Shown here: positions 48,940 through 59,662 of the stretch, piece by piece
How the letters are laid out: every line of letters starts with the position of its first letter
How positions within the stretch are numbered: the stretch's first letter is position 1
Origin: an uncultured bacterium
GTDB taxonomy: Bacteria; Krumholzibacteriota; Krumholzibacteriia; LZORAL124-64-63
DNA length: 64,000 nucleotides
NCBI GenBank assembly: GCA_963732385.1
Contig: CAVSZB010000006.1
Span: 64,001-128,000, forward strand
Direction of reading: 5' to 3'
Program-made: the position numbers and the translations under genes
Notes under the pieces: generated by a model
Told to the model about the DNA's origin: nothing
The model's input: only the letters and a program-made list of their open reading frames with translations
Database searches by the model: none

Positions 48940-50337
48940 CTCCCGACCCTGGGGCGAGCGCGTCCTGCCGGGCCCGGCTGGCCGCCGGCTTCGCGCGGCT
49001 GGCCGGCGAATACGGCATGCTCGGCGTGCTGCTGCTGCTGTGCGCCTTCTTCTCGGCAGTGACGCTGCGGGAGCAGCAGCCGGACGGGGCTGCCGCCGCG
49101 GCCGCCGTGGCGGCGCGGATCGATCGCGAGGCGCCGCTGGCGACGATCGTGATCGTGGCGCGGCCGGGCGAGGAGGGGGGGCGGTTCGCCGCCGCGCTCG
49201 CGGCGCGGCGGCCCGGATCGGGACGCCTGGTCATGCTGCGTTGCGACAGCCCCGCCGCCCTGCGCGACGAGCTGGCGCGCATCCCGGCGTCCGAGGCAGG
49301 GGGCCCCGAGCCGGTCATCGCTACGACCGCCGACTACGCGCCCACGGTGCGGGGGGTGCTCGCCGCGCTGCCGGCGGGGGCCGTCGCGCAGGTGATCGTG
49401 CCGCCGTCGTACCGCTGGCCGACCTTCCTTCTGGCAGAGAACCTGCGCAACGTGGCCAACCAGATCGCGGTCATCGCCATCGTGGCGATCGGCATGACGA
49501 TCGTCATCATCACCGCCGGCATCGATCTCTCGGTCGGCAGTCTGATCGCCTTCGCGGCCGTGGCGGCGGCGTGGCTGATCGGCCGCTTCGGCGGCGAGGC
49601 GGCGACGACGGGGGCCATGCTGCTCGCCGGGGCGCTGGCGCGTCGTGCTGTGCGGCGGCGTGGGAGCGTTCTCGGGCCTGATGATCACGCGGTTCGGGGT
49701 GCCGCCGTTCATCGCCACGCTCGGCATGATGCAGGTGGCCAGCGGCGTGGCGTACATCGTCTCGCGCGGCAGGCCGATCTACGAGATCCCGGCGTCTTTC
49801 GTCGCGCTCGGGCGCGGGGCGGATCCGTGGCTCGGGGTGCCCCACGCGGTCGTGCTGATGCTGGCGCTCTACGCCGCGGCGCACCTGGTCATGTCGCGTA
49901 CGGCGCTCGGACGGCACGTGTACGCCGTGGGCGGCAACCCGGAGGCGGCGCGCCTGGCGGGCGTGCGGGTGAAGGGCGTGCTGATGTTCGCCTACGTTCT
50001 GTGCGGGGCGCTGGCGGGACTGGGCGGCGTGGTGACGGCGTCGCAACTGAAGAGCGGGGCGCCGACCTACGGGCTGATGTACGAATTGTACGTGATCGCC
50101 GCCGTCGTCGTCGGTGGCACGAGCCTCAGCGGGGGCGAGGGACGGATTTTCGGCACGCTGATCGGCGCGTTCATCATCGCGGTGATCCAGAACGGCATGA
50201 ATCTCACGAACGTGGAAAGCTACACGCAGAAGGTCGTGCTCGGGCTCGTCATCCTGGGCGCGGTCCTGCTGGACAGGCTCAAGCAGCGCGGCTGGCGGCG
50301 GGTCGGTCCCGGAGCGCACGGGGAGGCAGGGGCATGA
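48936..50337 (+). pseudogene. Sugar ABC permease (RbsC-like) split by a +1 frameshift near 49640
   Basis: First frame carries GMTIVIITAGIDLSVG; second frame (49645-50337) carries PPFIATLG, GGNPEAARLAG, IAAVVVGGTSLSGG. May be a sequencing error. Confidence 0.75.
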
Positions 50338-53300
50338 GAGGCGAACGGTATGGCGGCATGATCGTGGCGGCGATGATCATCCTGGCGGCGGCCCGGGCGC
50401 CGGCACGGGCCGACGACGACGCTCCGTCGCCGGTCCGTGAGCTGGACGTGGTCGCCACGTCGCACCTCGACACCCAGTGGCGCTGGACGATCCGCCAGAC
50501 GATCGACGAGTACCTCCCGAACACGCTGCGCGACAACTTCGCGCTGTTCGAAAAGTACCCCGGCTACCGGTTCAGCTTCGAGGGGGCGTTCCGCTACCTG
50601 CTGGCGCGGGAGTACTATCCGGCCGAATACGAACTTTTGAAGGGCTACATCCGCGACGGCCGCTGGCACGTCGCCGGCAGCTGGGTGGACGCGGTCGACG
50701 TCAACATCCCTGCGCCCGAGTCGCTGATCCGGCACGCGCTCCTCGGCAACGGCTTCCACCGGCGCGAATTCGGGAAGACCAGCCGCGACGTGCTGCTGCC
50801 CGACTGCTTCGGCTTCGGTTTCGCGCTGCCCACCATCGCGGCGCACTGCGGTCTGCTCGGTTTCTCCACGCAGAAGCTGAGCTGGGGCTCCGCGTACGGC
50901 GTGCCGTTCGACGTCGGCCTCTGGGAGGGGGTCGACGGCTCGACGCTCGTGGCCGCCCTCCAGCCGGGCGACTACGTGTCGCGGATCACCACCGACCTGA
51001 GCGCCGACACGACCGTGGTGGCGGCGATCGACCGCCAGGGGGCGGCGTCGGGTCTCTACCGCACCATGAAGTACTTCGGCACCGGGGACGTGGGGGGGGC
51101 GCCCGCTGAGTCGTCGGTGGCCTGGCTCGAGCGCAGCCTGCACGGGAGCGGCCCGGTGACCGTGCGCAGCGTGGCGTCAGACCGGCTGGCGCGCGACCTG
51201 TCGGCGCTGCCGGAGGCGGCGCGCGCTCAGCTGCCGCGCTACCGCGGCGAGCTGCTCATGACCAGCCACGGGGCCGGCTGCTACACGTCCGAGGCGGCGA
51301 TGAAGCGCTGGAATCGGCTTAACGAACGCCTGCTCGACGCGGCGGAGCGGGCCGCCGTGACGGCCGACTGGCTCGGCGCCTCGCCGTGGCCCCGCGCGGC
51401 GCTGGGCGAGACCTGGGTGCGCTTCCTCTGGCACCAGTTCCACGACGACCTGACCGGCACCAGCATCCCCGAGGCCTACGCCTACTCCTGGAACGACGAG
51501 GCGATCACGCTCAACCGCGCCGCCGGCCTGCTTGGCGAGGCGGTCGGAGCGGTGGCGCGGGCCCTCGACACCCGCGCCCGTGGCGAGGCGATCGTCGTCT
51601 ACAATCCGCTCTCGCTCGCTCGCGAGGATGTGGTGGAAGCGGAGATCGTCTGGCCTGGCGAGGCCCCGGCCCAGGTCCGCGTGCACGGGCCAAACGGACG
51701 CGAAACGCCGTCGCAGCTGCTCGCGCGCACGCAGCGGTCGGTGCGGGTGGCCTTCCTGGCGGCGGTCCCAGCGACCGGATTCGCGGTCTACGACGTCCGC
51801 CCGGCGCGGTCGGCGTGTCCTCTCGACACCGGCCTGGGCGTCGACGCGGCGGGAAGGCTCGAAAACGGGCGTTACCGCGTGATGTTCGACGCCGCCGGCG
51901 ACGTGGTCTCGGTCTTCGACAAGCGGCTCGGCCGCGAACTGCTGGCGGCCCCGCTGCAACTGCAGATCCTCGACGATGAACCGGCGAAGTGGGCCGCCTG
52001 GGAGATCGACCATGCCGACCTGATGGCCGCGCCGCGCGCGGTGGTGGGCGGCCCGGCGCAGGTGCGGGTGGCCGAGAGCGGCCCGGCGCGGGTGACGCTC
52101 GAGATCACGCGGCAGGCGGAAGGCTCGACCTTCGTGCAGCGCGTGTCGCTCGCGGCCGGCGGCGCCGGCGACCTGCTGACGATCGCCGCCGCCATCGACT
52201 GGCGCACGCCCGGCGGCCTGCTGAAGGCGGCCTTCCCGGTGGCGTCGGCCGCCCCGGAGGTGACGTACGACCTGGGCGTCGGCGTCATCCGGCGCGGCGT
52301 GAACACGGAGAAGCTGTACGAGGTGCCGGCGCAGCAGTGGGCCGACCTGAGCGGGGAGGACGGCGGCTTCGGCGTCACCGTGGTCAACGACTGCAAGTAC
52401 GGATGGGACCATCCCGATCCAGGCACGCTCCGCCTGACGCTGCTGCATACCCCGCGCGTGAACGACAACTGGACCTGGGTCGGCGATCAGGGGTCGCAGG
52501 ACCTCGGCCACCACCAGGTCACCTGGGGCGTGGCCGGGCACGCCGGCGGCTGGCGCGCCGGCGCCGCGCCGTGGCTGGCCGACCGGTTGAACCAGCCGCT
52601 GCGCGCCTTCCAGGCTCCCCGCCACGGCGGCCGGCTGGGGCGGACCTTCTCGCTGGTGCATCTGGAGGCCGCGTCGGCCGCCGCGCGGGCCGCCGGGGCG
52701 CTGCCGCCGGTGGCGATCCGGGCGGTGAAGCTGGCGGAGGAGTCGGACGAGATCGTGGTGCGGTTGCAGGAACTCGCGGGCGAGGCGGTCGACGGGGTGC
52801 GGGTCGTCTTCGCGCGCCCGGTCACGGCGGCGCGCGAGGTCAACGGCGCCGAGGAGCCGCTCGACGGCCCGGTGATGGTCCGCGATGGCGTGCTCGTCTG
52901 CGCGCTGCGGCCGTTCCAGCCGCGCGCCTTCGCCGTGCGTCTGGCCGCGGCGCCGGTGCGTCTCGACGTCCCTGTGGCGCAGCCGCTCGACCTGCCGTGG
53001 AATCTCGACGGCGTGAGCGACGACACCGACCGCACCGACGGCGACTTCGACGGCGAGGGGCGCACCATCGCGGGAGAACTGCTGCCTGCCGTCCTCACGG
53101 TCACCTCCGTGCCCTTTCGCACCGGGCCGCGCGCACCCGGCCAGTTGAACGTGGTGGCCTGCCGCGGCCAGCGGATCGCGCTCCCGGCGGGCAAATGGGA
53201 GCGTATCACGCTGCTGGCGGCCGCCGTGGGGGGCGATCGCGAGGCGACCTTCCTGGTGGACGGTGCGTCGCGCGTGCTCAGGATCCAGGACCACGCCGAG

Positions 53301-54299
53301 CCGCTCGGGCAGTGGGACAGCCGTCTCGTGGCCGGCGAACTGCGCGCCGATCCGGCGCAGATCGCGCCGGGGTACGTCAAGACGGCGCCGGTGGCGTGGG
53401 TCGGCACCCATCGCCACGACGCGCGGGGGCGCAACGAGGCCTACGCGTTCACGCAGGTCTGCGGCTACCGCCTCGACCTGCCGCGCGGCGCGCGACAGGT
53501 GACGCTGCCGGACGACGACCGTGTCCGTCTGCTCGCCGCCACGGTGACGCGCGCGGGCAACGACGCGACCCGCCCCGCCTCGGTCCTGATCGAGCGTCCG
53601 CCCGCCTCGACCCTCACGATCCAGGCGTCGCGCCGCGGGTTCATCGATTCGCTGGCCGTGGCGCTCGCATCGCCCAACCCGGGCGCGGTCATCCGCTACA
53701 CCCTCGACGGCGTCGACCCCGGACCGGATGCGACGGAATATGTGGGTCCGCTGGCGTTGCACAGTTCGGCTGTGCTGAAGGCGCGCGCGTTCGCTCCCGG
53801 TCTCGATGACCGGTACGTCGCCAGTGCCGCCTTCACGAAAATGACGCCCTGCGATGCTGCCGCGACTCCCCCGGCGTTACCCGTCCCCGGCCTCGTTTGC
53901 CGCCTTTACGCAGGCTCCTTCGACCGGCTGCCCGACTTCGGGGCGCTGACGGCGCCTTGCACGAGCGTGGAACCGGTTGTCGGTCTGCCGGCCGGGGCGC
54001 CACGGGAGCATTTCGCCCTCGTGCTGGCCGGTTGGCTGCGCGTGCCGTCCGACGGCATGTACACGCTCTCGCTGCGCTCCGACGATGGCAGCGTGCTCGA
54101 CCTCGACGGTCGGCAGCTGATAGATGCCGACGGCCTCCACGGTGAGGGCGACGCCCGCGCCGAAATCGCCCTGCGCGCCGGCTGGCACCCGCTCGAGGTG
54201 CGTTACTTCCAGGCCGGCTACGACGCGGCCCTGAAGCTCTGGTGGGAGGGGCCGGGCTTCGGGTGGGAAACGGTGCCTGCGGCGGCGCTGGCGCACTGA
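50334..54299 (+). CDS. Secreted GH38 alpha-mannosidase with FN3-associated and PA14 domains
   Basis: SHLDTQWRW, LPDCFGF, GTGDVGG, QFHDDLTGTS, IRYTLDG, RSDDGS. Confidence 0.9.
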   Translation: MRGERYGGMIVAAMIILAAARAPARADDDAPSPVRELDVVATSHLDTQWRWTIRQTIDEYLPNTLRDNFALFEKYPGYRFSFEGAFRYLLAREYYPAEYELLKGYIRDGRWHVAGSWVDAVDVNIPAPESLIRHALLGNGFHRREFGKTSRDVLLPDCFGFGFALPTIAAHCGLLGFSTQKLSWGSAYGVPFDVGLWEGVDGSTLVAALQPGDYVSRITTDLSADTTVVAAIDRQGAASGLYRTMKYFGTGDVGGAPAESSVAWLERSLHGSGPVTVRSVASDRLARDLSALPEAARAQLPRYRGELLMTSHGAGCYTSEAAMKRWNRLNERLLDAAERAAVTADWLGASPWPRAALGETWVRFLWHQFHDDLTGTSIPEAYAYSWNDEAITLNRAAGLLGEAVGAVARALDTRARGEAIVVYNPLSLAREDVVEAEIVWPGEAPAQVRVHGPNGRETPSQLLARTQRSVRVAFLAAVPATGFAVYDVRPARSACPLDTGLGVDAAGRLENGRYRVMFDAAGDVVSVFDKRLGRELLAAPLQLQILDDEPAKWAAWEIDHADLMAAPRAVVGGPAQVRVAESGPARVTLEITRQAEGSTFVQRVSLAAGGAGDLLTIAAAIDWRTPGGLLKAAFPVASAAPEVTYDLGVGVIRRGVNTEKLYEVPAQQWADLSGEDGGFGVTVVNDCKYGWDHPDPGTLRLTLLHTPRVNDNWTWVGDQGSQDLGHHQVTWGVAGHAGGWRAGAAPWLADRLNQPLRAFQAPRHGGRLGRTFSLVHLEAASAAARAAGALPPVAIRAVKLAEESDEIVVRLQELAGEAVDGVRVVFARPVTAAREVNGAEEPLDGPVMVRDGVLVCALRPFQPRAFAVRLAAAPVRLDVPVAQPLDLPWNLDGVSDDTDRTDGDFDGEGRTIAGELLPAVLTVTSVPFRTGPRAPGQLNVVACRGQRIALPAGKWERITLLAAAVGGDREATFLVDGASRVLRIQDHAEPLGQWDSRLVAGELRADPAQIAPGYVKTAPVAWVGTHRHDARGRNEAYAFTQVCGYRLDLPRGARQVTLPDDDRVRLLAATVTRAGNDATRPASVLIERPPASTLTIQASRRGFIDSLAVALASPNPGAVIRYTLDGVDPGPDATEYVGPLALHSSAVLKARAFAPGLDDRYVASAAFTKMTPCDAAATPPALPVPGLVCRLYAGSFDRLPDFGALTAPCTSVEPVVGLPAGAPREHFALVLAGWLRVPSDGMYTLSLRSDDGSVLDLDGRQLIDADGLHGEGDARAEIALRAGWHPLEVRYFQAGYDAALKLWWEGPGFGWETVPAAALAH

Positions 54300-54449
54300 A
54301 CCGGGACCGCCCGGCGCGGTGAACGCCCTACAGCGGAGTGATTCGCGGCCGATAAGAGTGGCGATTCGTCCGCTCGCGCCAGCGGTGGCCTGGGGTTTTC
54401 CGGCGGCCGCCCGCGGTCCAAACCGTTCGCTGGAAAGTCTGGTCCAGCC

Positions 54450-57188
54450 ATGTTCTCGCGTCTCGCCGCGCCGACCGATCTCCTGCTGCTGTTCAGCGGC
54501 ATTATTTTTCTGCTGGCCGCCGTGGAGGTCCATGTCCTGGCGCGGCGCCATCCGCGCCTGCTGCCGTGGGGCTGGCTGGCGGCGAATTGCATCGCGTGGG
54601 CCGCGCTCGCCTGGGCGGGAATGGTGGCGACCTGTCTGGGCGATTCCCACCTCCTGCAGTTCGTCCGCCCCGGGGTACTTGCCCTTTACCTATTCTGCCT
54701 GGTCGAGCTGCTGCGGAGGATCCTGGCCCGCAGGTCACGACGCGAGCTCGCGACGGTGCCCCGGCTGCGTCGCCTCTTCGTGCCGGCGACCGGTCTGCTG
54801 GCGGTCCTGCCTCTTGTCGACGGGTTGCTTGCGCTGATCGGTGCGGTCACCGCGGTGACGGTCTGCACGCTGCTTGGCCTGGTCATCGTGGTGTTGCTGG
54901 TGCTCGCGGCGGGAGAACCGTGCGTCGGCCGGGCGTGCGGTGATTTGACGTTTTCGCGCGCCGGGTCACGGTGGCGTATCGCGTTGGCGATGGGGCTGGT
55001 GCTGGCGGTCTCCGGAGCGCGGGCGCACTCGGCCGGTCGCGCGCGCGACGCCGAGGAACGTGGCGATCTGCTGGCGCAGGTCCGGCTGGCGGCGTCGTCG
55101 CTCGATCCCGCCGACCTGCGTGAACTGCGCGGCGAACCGGCCGACGAAGAAATCGTCGCCCATCAGCGCCTGCGGGCGCGCCTGATCGCGATGCAGCTCG
55201 CCAGTCCCCAGCTGCGCTGGCTCTACCTGATGGCGCCGCGCGACGGCGAAGTGATCTTCACCGTCGATTCGGTCCCCGTGGGGATGTACGGGCACGTCGT
55301 TCCGGGCACGCCCTACGACGAGGCCCCGGTGGAATTCCACCGGATATTCGTCACTGGCGCCGCGACCTCCTTCGGACCGTACACGGACGAGTGGGGTTCG
55401 TTCATTACCGGTCTGGTGGGGTTGCGCGACCCGGAAAACGGTCGGCTCTCGGCTGCGCTCGGCGTCGACATCAACGCTGCGCGGCTTGCCGCTGGCATTG
55501 CCGCGAGCCGTCTGGCGCCGCTCGGATTCGGCGCGCTGCTGGCGTTCCTGTTGCTGGGGATCCACGTCTGGCTGCTCAGGGAGCGCGCTGCGGCCGCGCG
55601 ATTGATGGCGTCCGAGCAGAGGCACCGCAGCCTGGTCGAGGGGGCGCCCAGCAGCATCCTGCTGTGCGACGGCAACGGCCGGATCCTGGCCGTGAACCGG
55701 GCCGGGGTGGTCGCGTTCGGGCGTGGCGAGGACGAACTGCGCGGCACCGATCTGGTCGCGCTGTGGTCGCTTCCCACGCGTCTGGCGGTGGCTTCGGCGG
55801 TGTCCGAAGTGCTGCGCGGAGGACAGCCCGCTTTCTGCGCCATGAGCATGCGTCCCGACGGGCAGGAACTTGTCTGGGAAGGCGTGCTCACGTCGATTGC
55901 CGGCGCGGATCCGAGCAACGGTCGCTTCATGGGCATCCTGACCGACGTCACCGAACGCCAGCGCGCCGAAGCCGAGCAGGCGCGGCTGGCCTCCGCGATC
56001 GCGCACGCCGGCGAAGCTGTGGTCATCACCGATCCGCAAGGGACGATCCAGTACGTCAACCCGGCCTTCGAACGGGTGACCGGCTACAGCCGCGAGGAGG
56101 TCGTGGGTCGGAACCCCCGCGTGCTCAGGAGCGGTCAGCAGGACGCCGCCTTCTACGCCGGTCTGTGGGAGACCATCCTGCGCGGTGAAACGTGGAGCGG
56201 TGTGCTGGTGAACCGCCGCAAGGACGGCACGCCGTTCGAGGAGGAGGCGACGATCTCCCCGGTGCGCGACACCGAAGGCCGTATCGTCAATTTCGTCGCG
56301 GTCAAGCGCGACGTCACCGCCCAGCGGCAGCTGGAAGGGCAACTCCGCCAGGCCCAGCGGCTGGAATCGATCGGCCAGCTCGCGGCCGGCATTGCGCACG
56401 AGATCAACACGCCGACGCAGTACATCAGCGACAACACCCGGTTCCTGCGCGACAGCTTCACCACGCTGCTGCCGCTCGCGCAGGGCTTCCGTGAACTGAT
56501 CGCGCAGGCGCAGGCCGGTCCGTTGCCCGGGGCCGTGATCGCCGACGCCGCGAAGCAGGTGAACGCCGCCGATCTCGATTTTCTGTCCGAGGAGATTCCG
56601 CGCGCGCTCGGGCAGTCGCAGGAGGGGCTCGGCCGGGTGACCCGCATCGTGCGCGCGCTGAAGGAGTTCGCGCATCCTGGCCGCGAGGGGAAGGCGCCGG
56701 TCGACCTCAATCGCACGCTCGAGAATTCGCTCCTCGTGGCGCGCAACGAATGGAAATACGTGGCGGACGTCACTCAGGATCTCGATCCGGACCTGCCCGC
56801 GGTGCCGTGTGTCGAGGGGAGTTTCAACCAGGTGGTGCTCAATCTGGTGATCAACGCGGCGCATGCCATCGGGGACGTCGTGGCAGACAGCGGTCGCAAG
56901 GGAACCATCACGGTGTCCACGCGCCGATGCGGCGAGTGGGTCGAGATCCGCATTGCCGACACCGGCACCGGCATCCCCGAGGCGATCCGCGAACGGGTGT
57001 TCGATCCGTTCTTCACGACCAAGAAGGTGGGCAAGGGATCGGGCCAGGGGCTGGCCATCGCCCGCTCGATCGTTGTAGACAAGCACCAGGGTGAAATCAG
57101 GTTCGATACCGAGATCGGCGTCGGAACGACCTTCATCATCCGCCTTCCGCTGGCCGATGTGCCGGCGCCCGAGCCTGTCGCCGCCTGA
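54450..57188 (+). CDS. Membrane PAS-PAS sensor histidine kinase
   Basis: N-terminal TM helices, periplasmic domain (GPYTDEWG), two PAS domains, AHEINTP, NLVINA, DTGTGI, FFTTK, GQGL. Confidence 0.95.
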   Translation: MFSRLAAPTDLLLLFSGIIFLLAAVEVHVLARRHPRLLPWGWLAANCIAWAALAWAGMVATCLGDSHLLQFVRPGVLALYLFCLVELLRRILARRSRRELATVPRLRRLFVPATGLLAVLPLVDGLLALIGAVTAVTVCTLLGLVIVVLLVLAAGEPCVGRACGDLTFSRAGSRWRIALAMGLVLAVSGARAHSAGRARDAEERGDLLAQVRLAASSLDPADLRELRGEPADEEIVAHQRLRARLIAMQLASPQLRWLYLMAPRDGEVIFTVDSVPVGMYGHVVPGTPYDEAPVEFHRIFVTGAATSFGPYTDEWGSFITGLVGLRDPENGRLSAALGVDINAARLAAGIAASRLAPLGFGALLAFLLLGIHVWLLRERAAAARLMASEQRHRSLVEGAPSSILLCDGNGRILAVNRAGVVAFGRGEDELRGTDLVALWSLPTRLAVASAVSEVLRGGQPAFCAMSMRPDGQELVWEGVLTSIAGADPSNGRFMGILTDVTERQRAEAEQARLASAIAHAGEAVVITDPQGTIQYVNPAFERVTGYSREEVVGRNPRVLRSGQQDAAFYAGLWETILRGETWSGVLVNRRKDGTPFEEEATISPVRDTEGRIVNFVAVKRDVTAQRQLEGQLRQAQRLESIGQLAAGIAHEINTPTQYISDNTRFLRDSFTTLLPLAQGFRELIAQAQAGPLPGAVIADAAKQVNAADLDFLSEEIPRALGQSQEGLGRVTRIVRALKEFAHPGREGKAPVDLNRTLENSLLVARNEWKYVADVTQDLDPDLPAVPCVEGSFNQVVLNLVINAAHAIGDVVADSGRKGTITVSTRRCGEWVEIRIADTGTGIPEAIRERVFDPFFTTKKVGKGSGQGLAIARSIVVDKHQGEIRFDTEIGVGTTFIIRLPLADVPAPEPVAA

Positions 57189-57216
57189 GCAGCCGGGCCA
57201 CCCGCGTCGGCTTCCC

Positions 57217-59502
57217 TCACGGCCGGAACAGATACTGCAACTTCAGGAAGTACGTCCGTTCGCCAAGCTGCCAGCTTTCCGGTCCGTCGTCGACCGCCGC
57301 GAAGCGGGAGTAGCTGCGCGTCGAGCCGATGTAGAAGATGGAGAAAGGGCTGATGCGGTACGTGACGAGGGGATCGGCCTGCCAGCTGGCCGCGAAGTCG
57401 TCGTACTGCACGACGAGACGCGTGGACAGTTCGCGCGACAGCTGCAGGTAGCATTTGGCGCGCGCGACATAGCCGTCGAAGAGGCGCTCGCCGGTGGCGA
57501 GATCGTCGCTGCGTATCCACTCGCCCGAGGTCGCGATGACCACGCGGTCGAGGGGGCGCAACTCGAACGTCGCCTCGACCGCGCGTTCGTTGCCCATGAC
57601 GAGATCACGACGGGCGATGCGGTGGCCGGTGCGTCCCTCGAGCGCGCAGAACAGCCAGGCGCTGGGCGTGCTTTTGACCGTCAGGCCCAGTTGTCTGATA
57701 CCGTCGAAATCGATCCCGCCGAACCTTTCGTTGCTGCGCAAGGCGCTGAGCGAGACCTGGGTCTGGGCGACGCGCAGACGGGTATCCAGCCCGGCGAAGA
57801 GCCATTCGTCCTTGCGCAGGCCGGAGAAATCCCACATGCGCGCGACGTTCACCGAGGGGTTGATCCATTCCACCAGCCCCGCCGTCCAGCGATGGATCCA
57901 GTACGCCGCCGCTTCGCCGTGGATCTGATCGTTGCGCGGTTCGAAGCCGGCGTCGGCGCGGAAGCCGGGGCTGCGCGCCCAGAATTCGGCGACCGCGCCC
58001 CAGGTGCGGGCCTCCTGCTCGAAAGCGGCGAAGATCGCGTGGCCGTTGAAGGTCTCGCCGTCGAACGTCGCCGTGTGACGGCCCCGGTCGAAGGTCAGGT
58101 CGGCCAGATCGGACGTGAGGGTCGTGTCGTTCGGTTCTGCGGTGTGCGTCAGCAGCAATTGCGCTTCGACCTGCGCCGTCCGGCCGAGGCGGATGCGTCC
58201 GTCGATGCCGCCGAGGGTGGAGGCCCCGCCGCCGTCGTAGCGACGGTCGGTGGCGGTCAGGCCGAGGTACGCCTGGTCGCCGAGGCTGTGCCGCACGCGC
58301 ACCAGGTTCGTCCAGCTCCGGTTCGCGTCCACGAAGCCGCTGCGCTCGGTGAACGGTACGATGATCGGCGTGCGCGCATCGCGGGCCGAGAGCACCGCCA
58401 TGTCCGTGCGACCCGGGCGTCCGGTCAGCTTGAACGCGAACTCGGGGTCGTTGATGGATCGCGTGTAGACGGTGTTGAACCAGGTGTTGAACATTTCCGC
58501 CCCTTCCAGGAAGAAGGGGCGTTTTTCGGGGTAGGACAGGGCGAAGGTGGTATTGGCGTCGATCTGCGCCGCGTCCGATTCCACCTGGCTGAAATCGGGA
58601 TTGACGGTCGCCTCCGCCGTGAAGGTTGACGTGGGGGAGTACTTGAAGCCCACCGACGGCTCGCCGCAAATATCCCCTTCGCGGAAGCTGCCGTCGTCGC
58701 TCCGCGACCCCTTCTGCCGCGCCGTGAAGGCCGGCAGCACCTCGATGCCGCGTCCGGCGCGCAGGTCCCCCAGGCCGACGAGCGAGCCCCACTGGCAGGC
58801 CCAGCACGATTCGTCGCGGTCGACCGCGGCCCACACGTACTGTTCGCGCGAGGCGCGCGGGCGGTTGCGCCAGACGTTCACCCGCCAGGTCTGTTCGGAC
58901 CGGTTGGGGAAACGCAGGCTGGCGAACGGGATCGCCAGCTCCGCCTGCCAGCCGTCGCCGGTGATCCGCCCGGCGCTGCGGTAGATCAGGTCGTAGCCCG
59001 TGTCCTCGCCGCTGGTGGGCGACCAGAGGATGTCCCCCTGGATGCCGAGCGGGTTGACGCCGATCTCGTAGGCCCAGCTCTGGGACGCGTAGGTGTCGAG
59101 CATGAGGATGATGTAGTCGTCGGTCCAGATGCGGTCGCGTTCGCAGAGCGAGGCGCGCACGGTGGAGGGGTCGTCGTGGCAGATGATCGCCACATAGAGG
59201 TTGTCGTCGTCGAAGGCGAACAGCGCCTCCGTGGCGACCGGCGGACGTCCGAGATCGCGCGGCGCGTACTCCGTGAAGCCGGTCGCCTGCTCCGCATCCG
59301 CCCAGCCGGCGTCGTCGAGCACCCCGTCGATACGGATCGGCGCGGTCACGCGCGCGCAGGTGACCGACGGCCGGAATTGCGGCGTGAAGCCGGCGTCGGG
59401 GGAGATCCGCGTGGCGACGGCGGGGTCGGCGAGGGTCAGGCAGACAGCCAGCGTCGCGGCCAGGCAGACTGCGGACGCGCAGCGAGGGACGATGGTCGAC
59501 AT
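57217..59502 (-). CDS. CBM9-like / DUF5916 outer-membrane protein
   Basis: IDGVLDDAGW, WQAELAIPFASLRF, TVNPDFSQVESD, YPEKRPFFLEG, aromatic C-terminal strand. Confidence 0.85.
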   Translation of the reverse strand: MSTIVPRCASAVCLAATLAVCLTLADPAVATRISPDAGFTPQFRPSVTCARVTAPIRIDGVLDDAGWADAEQATGFTEYAPRDLGRPPVATEALFAFDDDNLYVAIICHDDPSTVRASLCERDRIWTDDYIILMLDTYASQSWAYEIGVNPLGIQGDILWSPTSGEDTGYDLIYRSAGRITGDGWQAELAIPFASLRFPNRSEQTWRVNVWRNRPRASREQYVWAAVDRDESCWACQWGSLVGLGDLRAGRGIEVLPAFTARQKGSRSDDGSFREGDICGEPSVGFKYSPTSTFTAEATVNPDFSQVESDAAQIDANTTFALSYPEKRPFFLEGAEMFNTWFNTVYTRSINDPEFAFKLTGRPGRTDMAVLSARDARTPIIVPFTERSGFVDANRSWTNLVRVRHSLGDQAYLGLTATDRRYDGGGASTLGGIDGRIRLGRTAQVEAQLLLTHTAEPNDTTLTSDLADLTFDRGRHTATFDGETFNGHAIFAAFEQEARTWGAVAEFWARSPGFRADAGFEPRNDQIHGEAAAYWIHRWTAGLVEWINPSVNVARMWDFSGLRKDEWLFAGLDTRLRVAQTQVSLSALRSNERFGGIDFDGIRQLGLTVKSTPSAWLFCALEGRTGHRIARRDLVMGNERAVEATFELRPLDRVVIATSGEWIRSDDLATGERLFDGYVARAKCYLQLSRELSTRLVVQYDDFAASWQADPLVTYRISPFSIFYIGSTRSYSRFAAVDDGPESWQLGERTYFLKLQYLFRP

Positions 59503-59662
59503 GCGGGATCCTCTGTGGCGGGGGTTCGCGGCTCGCCGGGGCCGACGGGCCGGTCCCGGCGCGAACCGCGATTACGCAGGCCGGGGCTTCGGGTTGCAAC
59601 TCCGAAGTTGCGCGCGGCGGCCGGCGGACCGGCCGCCGCCGCGGTCAGGATCGGTGGGGCGC

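Noticed and set aside
48936..54299. 1787-aa permease-mannosidase fusion ORF
   Set aside because: Artefact of the permease frameshift: the joining segment is Arg/Gly-rich off-frame sequence and the mannosidase has its own SD and signal peptide at 50334
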